Shown: in pieces, positions 24,690 to 37,300 of the stretch | How the letters are laid out: the number at the start of each line of letters is the position of its first letter | Numbering within the stretch: the stretch's first letter is position 1 | Source: Eledone cirrhosa | Taxonomy: Eukaryota | Direction: 5' to 3' | Length of the DNA: 64,000 nt | Assembly: GCA_964016885.1 (NCBI GenBank) | Contig: OZ024755.1 | Span: 21,762,001 to 21,826,000 of the forward strand | Position numbers and translations under genes: made by a program | The notes under the pieces: generated by a model | Databases searched by the model: none | What the model saw: the letters and a program-made list of their open reading frames with translations, nothing else | Told to the model about the DNA's origin: nothing

Positions 24690-27600
24690 ATAGGAATATT
24701 TCATGAATGTTAAACAAATTTAAGGGAGAGAGAGTCTAAGAAGTAACTTACCAACATTGTAATTTGGTGAGAGGAGAATGGATTGTTGGAGATGAGAGTA
24801 TCTCTTCATAAGAATATGATTTTTGGAATTGTGAATAGCTGTAAATATTGGAAATAAATATATTAAAAAAGAAAACAAACATATTTAAAAATGGAAAAAA
24901 GAAAAAAGGTTTATGTTAAATTATCTCATGATTAGCATTTAACAATGGTTTATATATATTTTTTGATAATTAAGAGCTCACAGCTCCGATATTACTAACA
25001 TGTGGTTAGAATATCTCAGGAAAGAATCGCTGGATAGATTTTATTATGGACAAAACCAACAGGCAGGAGCCCCGGGAGTAGACTCTGAGCAAGATTGTTG
25101 TATAACATCCATGAGCTTAGTTGGTCTTGCTTGGAAATCCAGCTGGATTGATTGGAGAGATGTATGGGAAGTGCTATGCTGCATGGTTCCAAAACATGAG
25201 CAGTGAATGGCATATTTCTCTATTCAAATATGTTTTGACTGCAGAGCATATGAGCAGGTTGGAGGAGGAGATGATGATGATGATGATGGTGGTGATGGTG
25301 GTGGTGGTGATGATGATGGTGGTGGTGGTGATGATGATGATGATGGTGGTGGTGATGATGATGATGATGGTGGTGGTGGTGATGATGATGGTGATGGTGG
25401 TGGTGATGATGGTGGTGGTGATGATGGTGGTGGTGGTGATGATGATGGTGGTGGTGGTGGTGGTGGTGATGATGGTGATGGTGGTGGTGATGATGATGAT
25501 GGTGGTGGTGGTGATGATGATGGTAGCGGTGGTGATGATGGTGATGGTAATGATGACAATTCACAATTTAACTTACGGATTATTGACAGAATGGTTGTGG
25601 TTTTTCCAAGCAATCTTAGCAAAATGGTGTTGTGTAGTTCCTGAAAGTACAAAAAATGAATAGAGTGTTTCTTGAGTACCTATATAACACTGTAATATGT
25701 TGGTATATATATATATATATAGCTTTCTATAATGTGTTGGTATATAGCTTTCTATAATGTGTTGGTATATAGCTTTCTATAATGTGTTGGTATATAGCTT
25801 TCTATAATGTGTTGGTATATAGCTTTCTATAATGTGTTGGTATATAGCTTTCTATAATGTGTTGGTATATAGCTTTCTATAATGTGTTGGTATATAGCTT
25901 TCTATAATGTGTTGGTATATAGCTTTCTATAATGTGTTGGTATATAGTTTTATATAATGTGTTGGTATATAGCTTTCTATAATGTGTTGGTATATAGCTT
26001 TCTATAATGTGTTGGTATATAGCTTTCTATAATGTGTTGGTATATAGCTTTCTATAATGTGTTGGTATATAGCTTTCTATAATGTGTTGGTATATAGCTT
26101 TCTATAATGTGTTGGTATATAGCTTTCTATAATGTGTTGGTATATAGTTTTATATAATGTGTTGGTATATAGCTTTCTATAATGTGTTGGTATATAGCTT
26201 TCTATAATGTGTTGGTATATAGCTTTCTATAATGTGTTGGTATATAGCTTTCTATAATGTGTTGGTATATAGCTTTCTATAATGTGTTGGTATATAGCTT
26301 TCTATAATGTGTTGGTATATAGCTTTCTATAATGTGTTGGTATATAGCTTTCTATAATGTGTTGGTATATAGCTTTCTATAATGTGTTGGTATATAGCTT
26401 TCTATAATGTGTTGGTATATAGCTTTCTATAATGTGTTGGTATATAGCTTTCTATAATGTGTTGGTATATAGTTTTCTATAATGTGTTGGTATATAGCTT
26501 TCTATAATGTGTTGGTATATAGCTTTCTATAATGTGTTGGTATATAGCTTTCTATAATGTGTTGGTATATAGCTTTCTATAATGTGTTGGTATATAGCTT
26601 TCTATAATGTGTTGGTATATAGTTTTATATAATGTGTTGGTATATAGCTTTCTATAATGTGTTGGTATATAGCTTTCTATAATGTGTTGGTATATAGCTT
26701 TCTATAATGTGTTGGTATATAGCTTTCTATAATGTGTTGGTATATAGCTTTCTATAATGTGTTGGTATATAGCTTTCTATAATGTGTTGGTATATAGTTT
26801 TATATAATGTGTTGGTATATAGCTTTCTATAATGTGTTGGTATATAGCTTTCTATAATGTGTTAGTATATAGCTTTCTATAATGTGTTGGTATATAGTTT
26901 TCTATAATGTGTTGGTATATAGCTTTCTATAATGTGTTGGTATATAGCTTTCTATAATGTGTTGGTATATAGCTTTCTATAATGTGTTGGTATATAGTTT
27001 TCTATAATGTGTTGGTATATAGATTTCTATAATGTGTTGGTATATAGCTTTCTATAATGTGTTGGTATATAGCTTTCTATAATGTGTTGGTATATAGCTT
27101 TCTAAAATGTGTTGGTATATAGCTTTCTAAAATGTGTTGGTATATAGCTTTCTAAAATGTGTTGGTATATAGCTTTCTAAAATGTGTTGGTATATAGCTT
27201 TCTAAAATGTGTTGGTATATAGCTCTCTATAATGTGTTGGTATATAGTTTTCTATAATGTGTTGGTATATAGTTTTCTATAATGTGTTGGTATATAGCTT
27301 TCTATAATGTGTTGGTATATAGCTTTCTATAATGTGTTGAATACTTCTATCACCTTATTAATTAAAAGAAACAATAATAAAATAATTTAAAAAATGAAGC
27401 AAAGAAAGATGGATTTAAACTTAACCACAGTAATGTAAAAACAACTTAGCTACCATTGTAAATATAATTGAGAATTTTTCTTTATGTCTTTCTTAATGAC
27501 AATATAATAATTGTTTCTACTTTTGGCATAAGGCCAGCAATTACCCCAGTGTATTACTGGTGTTTTATTTTATCGACTCCATAAGGATGAAAGGTAAAGT

Positions 27601-30600
27601 TAACCTCAGCAGGATTTGAACTCTATGCTGCAAAGCATGGCGACCGATCCTCTACCGATACTGTTTGTTAGACGTCTACACCACCAGTCAAGTGGATTAT
27701 GCTGTAGTCAACTGCTGAAACAAACTAACCAGAAAACATGCATAATATGAAGTTTTCCATCTCTGAAATATGTTGTGTATGTCATTGAAGACATACATGT
27801 TATTAGAGCTCCTCCACTCCTCTTTCTAACTCCCACTATATGAACAGAACTGCTAAGTTAAACATCTGACCTAATCACTTAATGGAAGATTGTGTTTTGT
27901 GTTTTCATTCATTTAAAAACTGATTATATTTTATGATTATCTTCTTTCTTATTCTAATACTCAATAATCAATACAATATTGATCTATTCATGCAACAAAT
28001 CAATACTCTTAAATTAATAATAGATTATGAAGACTTATTTACCATATTTTTCCATATGTTCTCTGCCAGCATTTCCAAACAACTGTACTGCAATTGGTGC
28101 CCCTTCAATTCCTCTCATTTCGGACATGGAATTAAGATGATCTTCAAGAGGATTGGCACGATCAGAAAACTAGAATGAAACACAAATTTCAAAATGGACT
28201 TCAATTATATCCGTTTTGATTTGCTACAATCTTTTTTTTCTTTTTCATCTAAGTTTATTCGAATACTTTTTTTTGCTTTTCTGCAATACGTGTTTCATGA
28301 TCTTGTAAACTACAGAACTAATTTGTTTGTCAGAAAATACTGACTCTAGCACATACAGTGCTCAGGTGCACTACAACTTATCAAAGGTGCATGTATAGTA
28401 CATAAAATAATGTACAAATGTCAGGAAAGTGAACATAGCTGATTGATTAAGAAAATACTGACTCAAACAGAGCTGCATTGATCAAGACAGTGATTGAAAC
28501 ATAGCTGATTGATTAGATAGTGCCTCAAACATAGCTGATTGATTAAGAAGATGGTGATTCTAGAACACTGCCATATTTTAGCACCATCTTCAGTTGTCTT
28601 TCTTGCATCAATAGACACTTGCCATGTCTTTACACTTTAGGGTCCTCCCAACCCTTTGTTTGCCAGGCTTTCTTTGGTTGGATGCTCTTCCCATGACCAA
28701 CCACTTTACAGAGTGTATTGGATGCGTTTATCATGTAGGTCACCAAACACTAGGGGGAGCTGTCATGTCATTGACATGACTGAGGCGTCCTTACATTTCT
28801 TAGGCAAATTATGCCCCAACTCAAAAAAATGTCATCCTCTTAAAAATAACTTATCTATTAAATAGTTTTGTTTTTTGTTTACAAATTTACAAAGCTTACA
28901 TTTGAAGAAAGAGAACCTTTGAGCATTTTTTCAAAACCAAGAGCCAACACACAATCAGCTACACCTGAAAATAAAAACCAACTATAAAGTAATTTTGTTT
29001 CTTCGTTTCCTTTTTAAATATTTTATTTATTTCCTGTAAATCCCATATTTATCAGCTGTAGGTTAATATTTGTAGCATGTAAGTCATTTGCTTAACTATT
29101 TCTAAACAGATTTTCATCAATAGGTGATGAATTGGCCTAACTTTGGGAATTGTAAGGGATGGTCACCATCTAGACGGTTTCCAGTTGTCTACTTGTAACT
29201 TATAAAGGAGACTATATTTTCACAAACTTCTGTTGTCTACTTCACTACAACATATTTCTGATTTCTAGAATATTAGATAAATCAGAATCAAATCTTCCCC
29301 TGGATATGACACTAGTCTATTACAGTTGATTTTCCCTGTAAGCCAACAAATCATTTTTACAGAACTACTGCAGTTTACAGCAGTAAATTATATCATATAG
29401 TGATTGATACAAATTTAGAACTAGTTAAACTTAGCCATTATCTACAGTGGTACACGGTTGTTATAGCGCTAGGTAGGTCAAGCTTGATCAAGCAGACATA
29501 TGATCAAAAGTATTCCAGCCACACTATCTTATGACTATATTATCTAACATATATTTTCTTATTTAAGAAGCTGGCCTCGCTTGGGGATCTAACGGAGATG
29601 GTTGCTTCCGACAGGACCCTCTTCTTCACCCACTCATTCTTGACAGAGTTGTGTCAGAAGCAACCATCTCCAACTGATCCAGCTTGACTCCTAAGCGTGA
29701 CCAGCCAAGCTCATGGATGTTATCCAACCATCATGCTTGGGGTCTACCCCTGGGTCTCTTGCCGGTTGGTTTTGCCCATAAAATCTGTCCAGTGATTCTT
29801 TCCTGAGACATTCTAACCACATGCTCATAGTATTGGAGTTGTGATCTCTTAATTTGTAGAAGTAGCGGCTGTACTTGGTGTGACTCTCTGATCTCTGAAC
29901 TATGCACTTTATTCAGTAACGTTACTCTAAAGACTCTGGAGGAATCCCATTTCAGCTGCTTGTATTCACAATCGTATTCTTTCAGTCATGATATGATACT
30001 GTAAAACTATAATTAATTATGGATATCTTAGTAGTCTACTTACCTCCTTCGATGAGTTGTTTGGCCAACAGCAGTGCTGTGGAACCAGTGGAACAGTTAT
30101 TGTTTACCTGTTAATTAATGGAAAAGAAGAACAGAGTTACAACTTTGTATTTGATAACTATCAGCTGGGAAGAAGTTAAAATAATGGCCTGCATTTGATC
30201 ATAAGTTCTGTTGTTGGCAGAATCAGTAGAGCGTTGGCCAACATACTTTGCTGCATATAGTTATGTCCCTTTACGTTCTGAGTTCAAATCCCACCAAGGT
30301 TAACTTTGCCGTTTATCCTTACGGGGTCAATAAAATAAAGTACCAGTTACGCACAGGTTGATTTAATCGACTCACCTCCCCACTACCCAGAATGGTTGGC
30401 ACCTTATACCTAAATCAGAAATCATTATGGTTCTTGGCTGGATATCTAGTTTATCACTTTAATCTATTTAGCTAACAAAAAAAAAAGTGAAACTAAATAA
30501 AAACTAAAAATAAATATATATTGTTTTTTTAATGAAAGAAATATTAGACTTCTCTTTATCACAGAATAAAATTTGTAATAATAAGAAATTCCTTCTGTAA

Positions 30601-33600
30601 ACCATTTTCAATCCCAGATTTACTAAATTCTCCAAATCAATCAATCAATTAATTTACAATTACAGAATCATAAAATAAACTAAATGATTTGACTTGATCA
30701 CTTTTTCATAGAGTTACTAAAAAATTTAAAATTTATAGTTTTATGAAGACAAAGCACATTCCTATTAAATGTTTTCATTTTCTTAGTACTCATGTATATG
30801 GAAGTAAATCTAATCCACATGCCACCACCATAAAGGTAACTTAAGGATCAGTCCTGCCTCGTGGTCCTGGCCACAGGATGGAGAAGATATTAACCCTGGA
30901 GCTAATCCACATGCCACCACCATAAATGTAACTTAACCCCCCTTTAGCATTTACATTACTCTATGTTTACTAATGTATTTTCATGGTAAACACTTTATCT
31001 CATATAATATTGAGATTTTGAGATTTATTTTGAGAACAATACCTTCACATCAGTATGAGCAGGTGGTTACAGCTGTTTTGAATAGAAAGAGGTGAGAGAA
31101 TTCTGGCCGGATATGGCCAGTTTAAATGCTAAAGAGTTAAGGGTCAGCCTGCCTCATGGTCCCGGCCAACAGGTTGGAGATGCTACAAAGGGATTCTTTA
31201 CGAAAAATCTTCAATTTTAATTTGATGAAACATTCGTAAATTAGGATTTCTCTATTTTTTTCTTTCATCATCATTATCCTTATCATTTTACGTCCATTGT
31301 TCCACACGTGCATGGGTTTGACGGGTCTTTCTAGTTATGTATTCTAAAGACTGTCTTGAGCCTGGAGGTTCATCAGGCCAGTGCTTATCCTGGTTTTCGT
31401 GGCGTGAAGTGACTGAAAGCATAAGACTTCCTTCTGGACAGGACGTCAGTCCATCGCAGGGTTAAACTATCAGCTATTGCTGGTACTAATTTTCAGCTGA
31501 GTATACTGGAGCAGCATGAAATGAAGTATTTTTCTCAAGAACACAACACACAACCTGTTTCAGGAATAGAACCCACAACTTTATGATTGTAATTTCAACA
31601 CCCTTACCACTAGGACACACGTCTCCACTTGTTAAATATTGAATACCATTAATTAATATTATCACGTCTATTATGATAAATATTTTCTGAAAATGCTTGA
31701 ATATTTTACCATTAATATCAAACATTGGAAATCCTTTTGTTTTCTTTGTTGCTTGCATTTATTTTTACAATAATTGAATATGGATTTCCTATAATCTATA
31801 TACTATTGTAATTTGATTGAGATTTGTATATATCGATTGATTCATAAGATCCCAGACCTCATTTGCATACTATTTGAATCTCATCAAATTGGACCAAGGA
31901 AACAATGTTTCCATTGGTCTTTCCTTTCCTGATACTATCTATTGGTCACAACTCCTGGCAGAAGGAGCAACGTGAAATAAAATGTCTTGCTCAAGGACAT
32001 AACACAGACAGGACAAACAATGTTTCAAAATAGTAAAATGACCTACATTATATATCGGTATACCAGTTAATCCTAACCCGTAGACTGCTTTCTGACCACA
32101 TGTAGAATCACCTAAGAATGAACAGAGAATAAAACTATATCAAATTTATATTAAACATTAAAAAAAAATGTATTTTACAGGCCCTCCTCCACTTATTCCT
32201 GAAAGGTTCGTGGGGGCACAGTCCTCAAACACTCTTTCCAGTGGGTCCTGTCAGAAGCAACCGTCTCCAACTGATCTGATTGGATCTCCAAATGAGACCA
32301 GCCAAGCTCATAAATGTAGCCAGTTTGGAATTGGTATCGTGAATGGCAGGTATAAAATCAGTCAACTGGAACTTGCAGATGACATCGTGTTACTTAACTC
32401 AACAGATGCCGATTGCTGCATGGCCGAAATGAAAATCAGTCCTGTGAAAACTAAGATGTTTATCCTCTCAAGAAAGCATGCGCAGTGCACTCTACATGTA
32501 AATGGAGCATTTTATAGGTAAAAAATAAAGCATCTAAAGTTGACGTTTTTTTCCTCTTTATCAATATCCAGTTTATTGATTTGATTAATATACTAAAAAA
32601 AAAGAGCTATTCTTCAGTTTGATAGCTGGTAATGTTAAATCATGATCAGGTGAGGCTTCTGTCTGCTACTGGTAACATGTAACCCAGTACAACCTGCCTC
32701 ATGGTCACCTACCAAGGGAGGTAAATGTGTTTCAACTGGTTAAACTGTGGAAGTTAGGGTAATGTTAAGTCACAACTATGTGACTTTTATTGTAAGAATC
32801 TGCATTGTCTGGGACAAACACTACCATCTTGCAGAGTGGACTGGGTACTTTCGTCGTGGAACCAGTACTATCATTTTGCAGGGTAGACTGGTTTTTTGTC
32901 ATGGTACCAGCACTACCACCCTGCAGGGTGGACTGGGTGCTTTTGTCGTAGCACCAGCACTAGGGTGCTTAGTGTATAAAAGGTAAAATATTTAAACATA
33001 AAACATTAGTGATGTTTGTTATATGAAATTCATTGTCTTATTTATCAACAAATGTTGATAATCAAACAATTAGTTTATACAGAGACAATATCCTGATCCT
33101 GAATGGTTCTTTATGAAAATAATCTACATGTTGGTTCTGTTATTGTTATAACTTGAAATTGTGATGGAAGATTATTTTCAGAATGGAACATCATCAAAGT
33201 TTATTTTTCCATGCTTGCATGGGTTAGACGGAGTGTGCATGTTATGATACAAGTCTGGCCAGTTGGCAGCGCCATACCTTGCTCAAACGGAAATGTATTT
33301 TGGCTGGGATTTTTACAGCTGGATGCCCTTCGTAACATCAACCACGTTTACAGTGTGGAACTGGAACAATGACAATGACAAGATAAAAAGATACTAGATT
33401 TAAAATTATTGTAGCACTTTACTGAAGTGATTTACTTACCATAAACATAACCAACAACTGCTTGTTCAATATCTTTGTATGATATACTTGCATCTTGCAG
33501 AGCTTTGGTACCTTGAAGCAACATAAAAAGAAGAAATAGGGAATTTACTCAAGAATTATATAAAAGTAAAATAAATAATGTTAATATAAAGAGTGGTGTG

Positions 33601-33873
33601 CTCATGCGTAGAGATGCTATAAAATAAGCTGAAGACCCTTAAAGAGAGAAAAAGTAGTTGCCATTGACCGCGATGAGGAAATAAATATTTTTCAGCTGTA
33701 ATTTTAATAACATTTCTGAATATTAATATATACTTAAACCCACTCTTAAATAATTTTAGCAATAAAATTCCAAGAATTTTATGTGGGTCTGATGAGTAAA
33801 GGTTTACAAATTCAATTGTTTGGTTTCATTTAAATTCAATGCAGTGGAAACATACATGTTTTTCTAATTAGAT

Positions 33874-33905
<32 letters not shown>

Positions 33906-34297
33906 ATGTGTGTATTTATTTATGTATATATATATATATACATACATACACACTGATGGTATCCAATGATGTTGACTTGTTCTTCTTTTTGGTAAATATC
34001 ATCTTGGTTAAGAGAGTGGGACTGGCTTTGTGCAGTGCCTTTGCTCACTATAAAAGCTTCACGGCACAGGCATTGCTTTATATCTGGAGATCTCTCTGCA
34101 CTTGTCGTCACATGGTACCATGGGCCCAGCACTATGTATCAATAATTGTCACAAGTGTAGTGTTTGTACCAGAATTTTCAAGTCGCTGGCTGGACTAAAA
34201 AGTCACACTCGTTCAGCGCATCGGTAGGGGTTCTCCTACATGGATATAAAGTAGTGGCTGTACTCGAAAACGAGTTGGCAGCCACCATATGTGTGTG

Positions 34298-34366
<69 letters not shown>

Positions 34367-37300
34367 TTGATAATGTACATAAACATTTAATAACATGCCA
34401 CATATACAGAGAGAGAGAGAGATGTAGGAAAATATATATTCCATTTCTATCTTTCTCATCACTTTCTTTAACACTATAATTGGAATGTTTGAGCGTGAGC
34501 AATATTACGTATCTTTTAACTAATGCAGCTGTCGTGAATTATTATTTTATATATTTATCATATTTTAAGTTAATAACTACTTTTATTTTCAAAATTAGTA
34601 CTTCTTTCATTATTTTGTAAAAACACCATGAAGTTTGAAAAAAATCAAAATTATATTTATTTTACCTGTGTTTCATTACCCGACGTTAATATTAGCCACA
34701 GTGGAAAAAATACACTCCCTAAAGGTATTTGTCATGTGACAGGTAAGGCTTTAGTTTCTAAGACAATACTATCTTCTAAAATTGATTTTTATCACTATCA
34801 AGAAAATACAACAAACCTGCTTCATAAGCCATCACTGGGTAGTCAAAATCTTCACGACCTCCAGGTTTTTCAAACTAAAGTTTAAAATACAAATGAATTA
34901 TAAAGTAAAAGAATTACAAACTTAACATATTTCTATAAATTATTCAAATGTTTTCACAGAGTTATAGGTGACAATAATCACCAATTTTAGTCTTTTCTTC
35001 ACTCACTTATTCCTATGAGGGTTGTGGGGGCAGAGTCCTCAAGCATGCCTTCCAGTGGGTCATGTCAGAAGAAACTGCCTCCAATTGACCTAGCTGAATC
35101 CCCAAGCAAGACCAGCTAAGTTCATGGTTGTTATCCAAACATCTTGCTCAGGGCGTACGCCTGGGTCTCTTGCCAGATAGTTTTGCCTCTAATATCTGTC
35201 TAGCGATTCTTTCCCCGAGACATTCTAACCACATGTCCATAATATTGGAGCTGTAATCTTACAATTTGGAGAAGTTGAGGCTCTACCTGGAACAACTCTC
35301 TGATCTCTAAGATATCCATCATCTTTTTTTCAGGCTTGCATTTGTTAGGGGATTCCTTTCCAGTACAGCAACTCTCTACTTGTTTCCATTTGTGTTTATC
35401 TTTTTTATGAGCTTCACCATTCTGAGATCAACTTTCACCATCACTGCCCAGATCTTTCTTGGTCTTCCTCTTCATGACTCCCTTCCTTTCACTTGGAAAT
35501 CTGACATTTCTTCACCGAGCATTATCATCCATGCAATATTATGTGTCCATACCGATGCAATCTTCTTTCTTGTACATCACATAAGATTTCTCTTATACTC
35601 AGTTTTTTCTCTCAACTCATCTGTACTTTGTCATACATCTATACTAACATTGATTCATTTCTTTCCAGATTTTGCCTATGCTCTACATTCAGTGCCAATG
35701 TCTCACTACTATGCAGCATTGCACTATGTATGTAGACATCATACAATCTATCTTTCACTTGGAGAGACAATCCTTTTGTTGCTAACAGAAGTAGTAGCTT
35801 CCTGAACATTTCCCACACTGATCTTATTCTAGTTACTTTACATTCAGAGCAACCTTCACTGCTAATTAGGTCACCTGACAGAAGCTATCCTCTATTTCTA
35901 TAGAACCTTCTCTGAATTAGAAAAAGTTTATTTCACTGGTACTCTTACTACTATTCTAGTACATCTACAACATATAACCTTCTCTATTAGTCTACCTGTG
36001 ATCTCACTACACCTCTTGTGTACCCATGCTTTACATTTAATACACCGTATGGACTTTTTACCTACTTCTTTCCTGAATATCCAACATGGCCATTTCCAGT
36101 GTCTTACTTTCTTTCCTACTAACTAAAATTTTAGTCTTTGCTAGGTTTACTGAGTCTTTTTGATTCAAGATTTTATTTCCACTGAAATTTCTTCTCTAGT
36201 TCTTCAACAGATTCAGCCAACCCACGCTCCATGACAGCAGTCGACCCTGTCTTCTTTGCATGATGTTGTATGTTGTTGGCTGTCTGTGCCTTCAATATAA
36301 TAGTAATTCTTAATGTGATGAATGTGGTTAGACACCAAGGCCCACTCATATATGGTACATTGTAAGTCAGGAAAGGGCAACCTTCTTTGAGAAGTGAGCT
36401 GCATAGGATGGGGTTCATTATATGGCAGGCCATACTACTAAAAAATTCAAGGCAATTTTGAAATTAGGTGTGTCATTCAGAAAATGTAGTGGGCCACAGT
36501 TCGTCTATGTAGCTATGGTATATATGGAGTAATTTCCCATTGATTTCACTTCACAGCTTGATTGATTTTGTTATCAATTAATAAGAGATTTTTCCAGAAA
36601 TATATCATATTCGCCAATATAGCATCGTCGCCAATTGATCAGGCTGGATCTCCAAGCAAGACCAGCTGAACTCATGGATGTTATCCAACCATCTTGTTCT
36701 GGGTCTAATGCCAGTTGGTTTTGTCTAATGATTCTTTCCAGAAACATTCTAACCACTTGTTCGTAATCTTGTTATCATTCCTAAAATTTTCATTTCTGGC
36801 AGATAAGCACAAACTCACACATTTTTGGAGAAAGGAAATAGTTGATTCTATCAAGTCAAAAACTTAACTGATATTTATTTTATCAACTCATAAAGATGAA
36901 CGGCAAAGTTGACTCCAGCAGAATTTGAAATTGGAATATAAAATGATGTATGAAATTCTGTCTGGTGCTCTACCGATTCTGCCAATAACAATGTATTATA
37001 GCTGTTATCAAAAAATATTCTTAGTTATATAATTCAAAAGAAATTGAACTCTGTATGTACTGCGAATATTATCATTTAGATAATTGTCTCAAAATGACTT
37101 AATTGATCCTAATAAAAATTACTAAGAATAAAAAAAAACCTTTTGATAATTATCATATATATGTGGGATACAAACCCCTTCGGTCTGTCTGTGAGATCAG
37201 TAGTCCCATTTCAGTACCAACTTGGTCTATGTAGACCTGTCCACCCCTTGCTAGCAGAGAAAGCAGACGTTAAATGATGATGATGATGATGTGTATAAGT

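Noticed and set aside
25121-25663. Poly-His, Gly-Asp, Pro-Ser and Met-Val ORFs
   Set aside because: Different frames of the intronic (GAT/GGT)n repeat; only 25577-25640 is a real exon.
25694-27339. CRISPR-like regular array
   Set aside because: Head-to-tail 25-bp units with no unique spacers, no cas genes, eukaryotic context.
34150-34227. Host C2H2 zinc-finger gene exon
   Set aside because: Single finger followed by a stop, a short tail and a microsatellite; fits an RTE LINE C-terminus.
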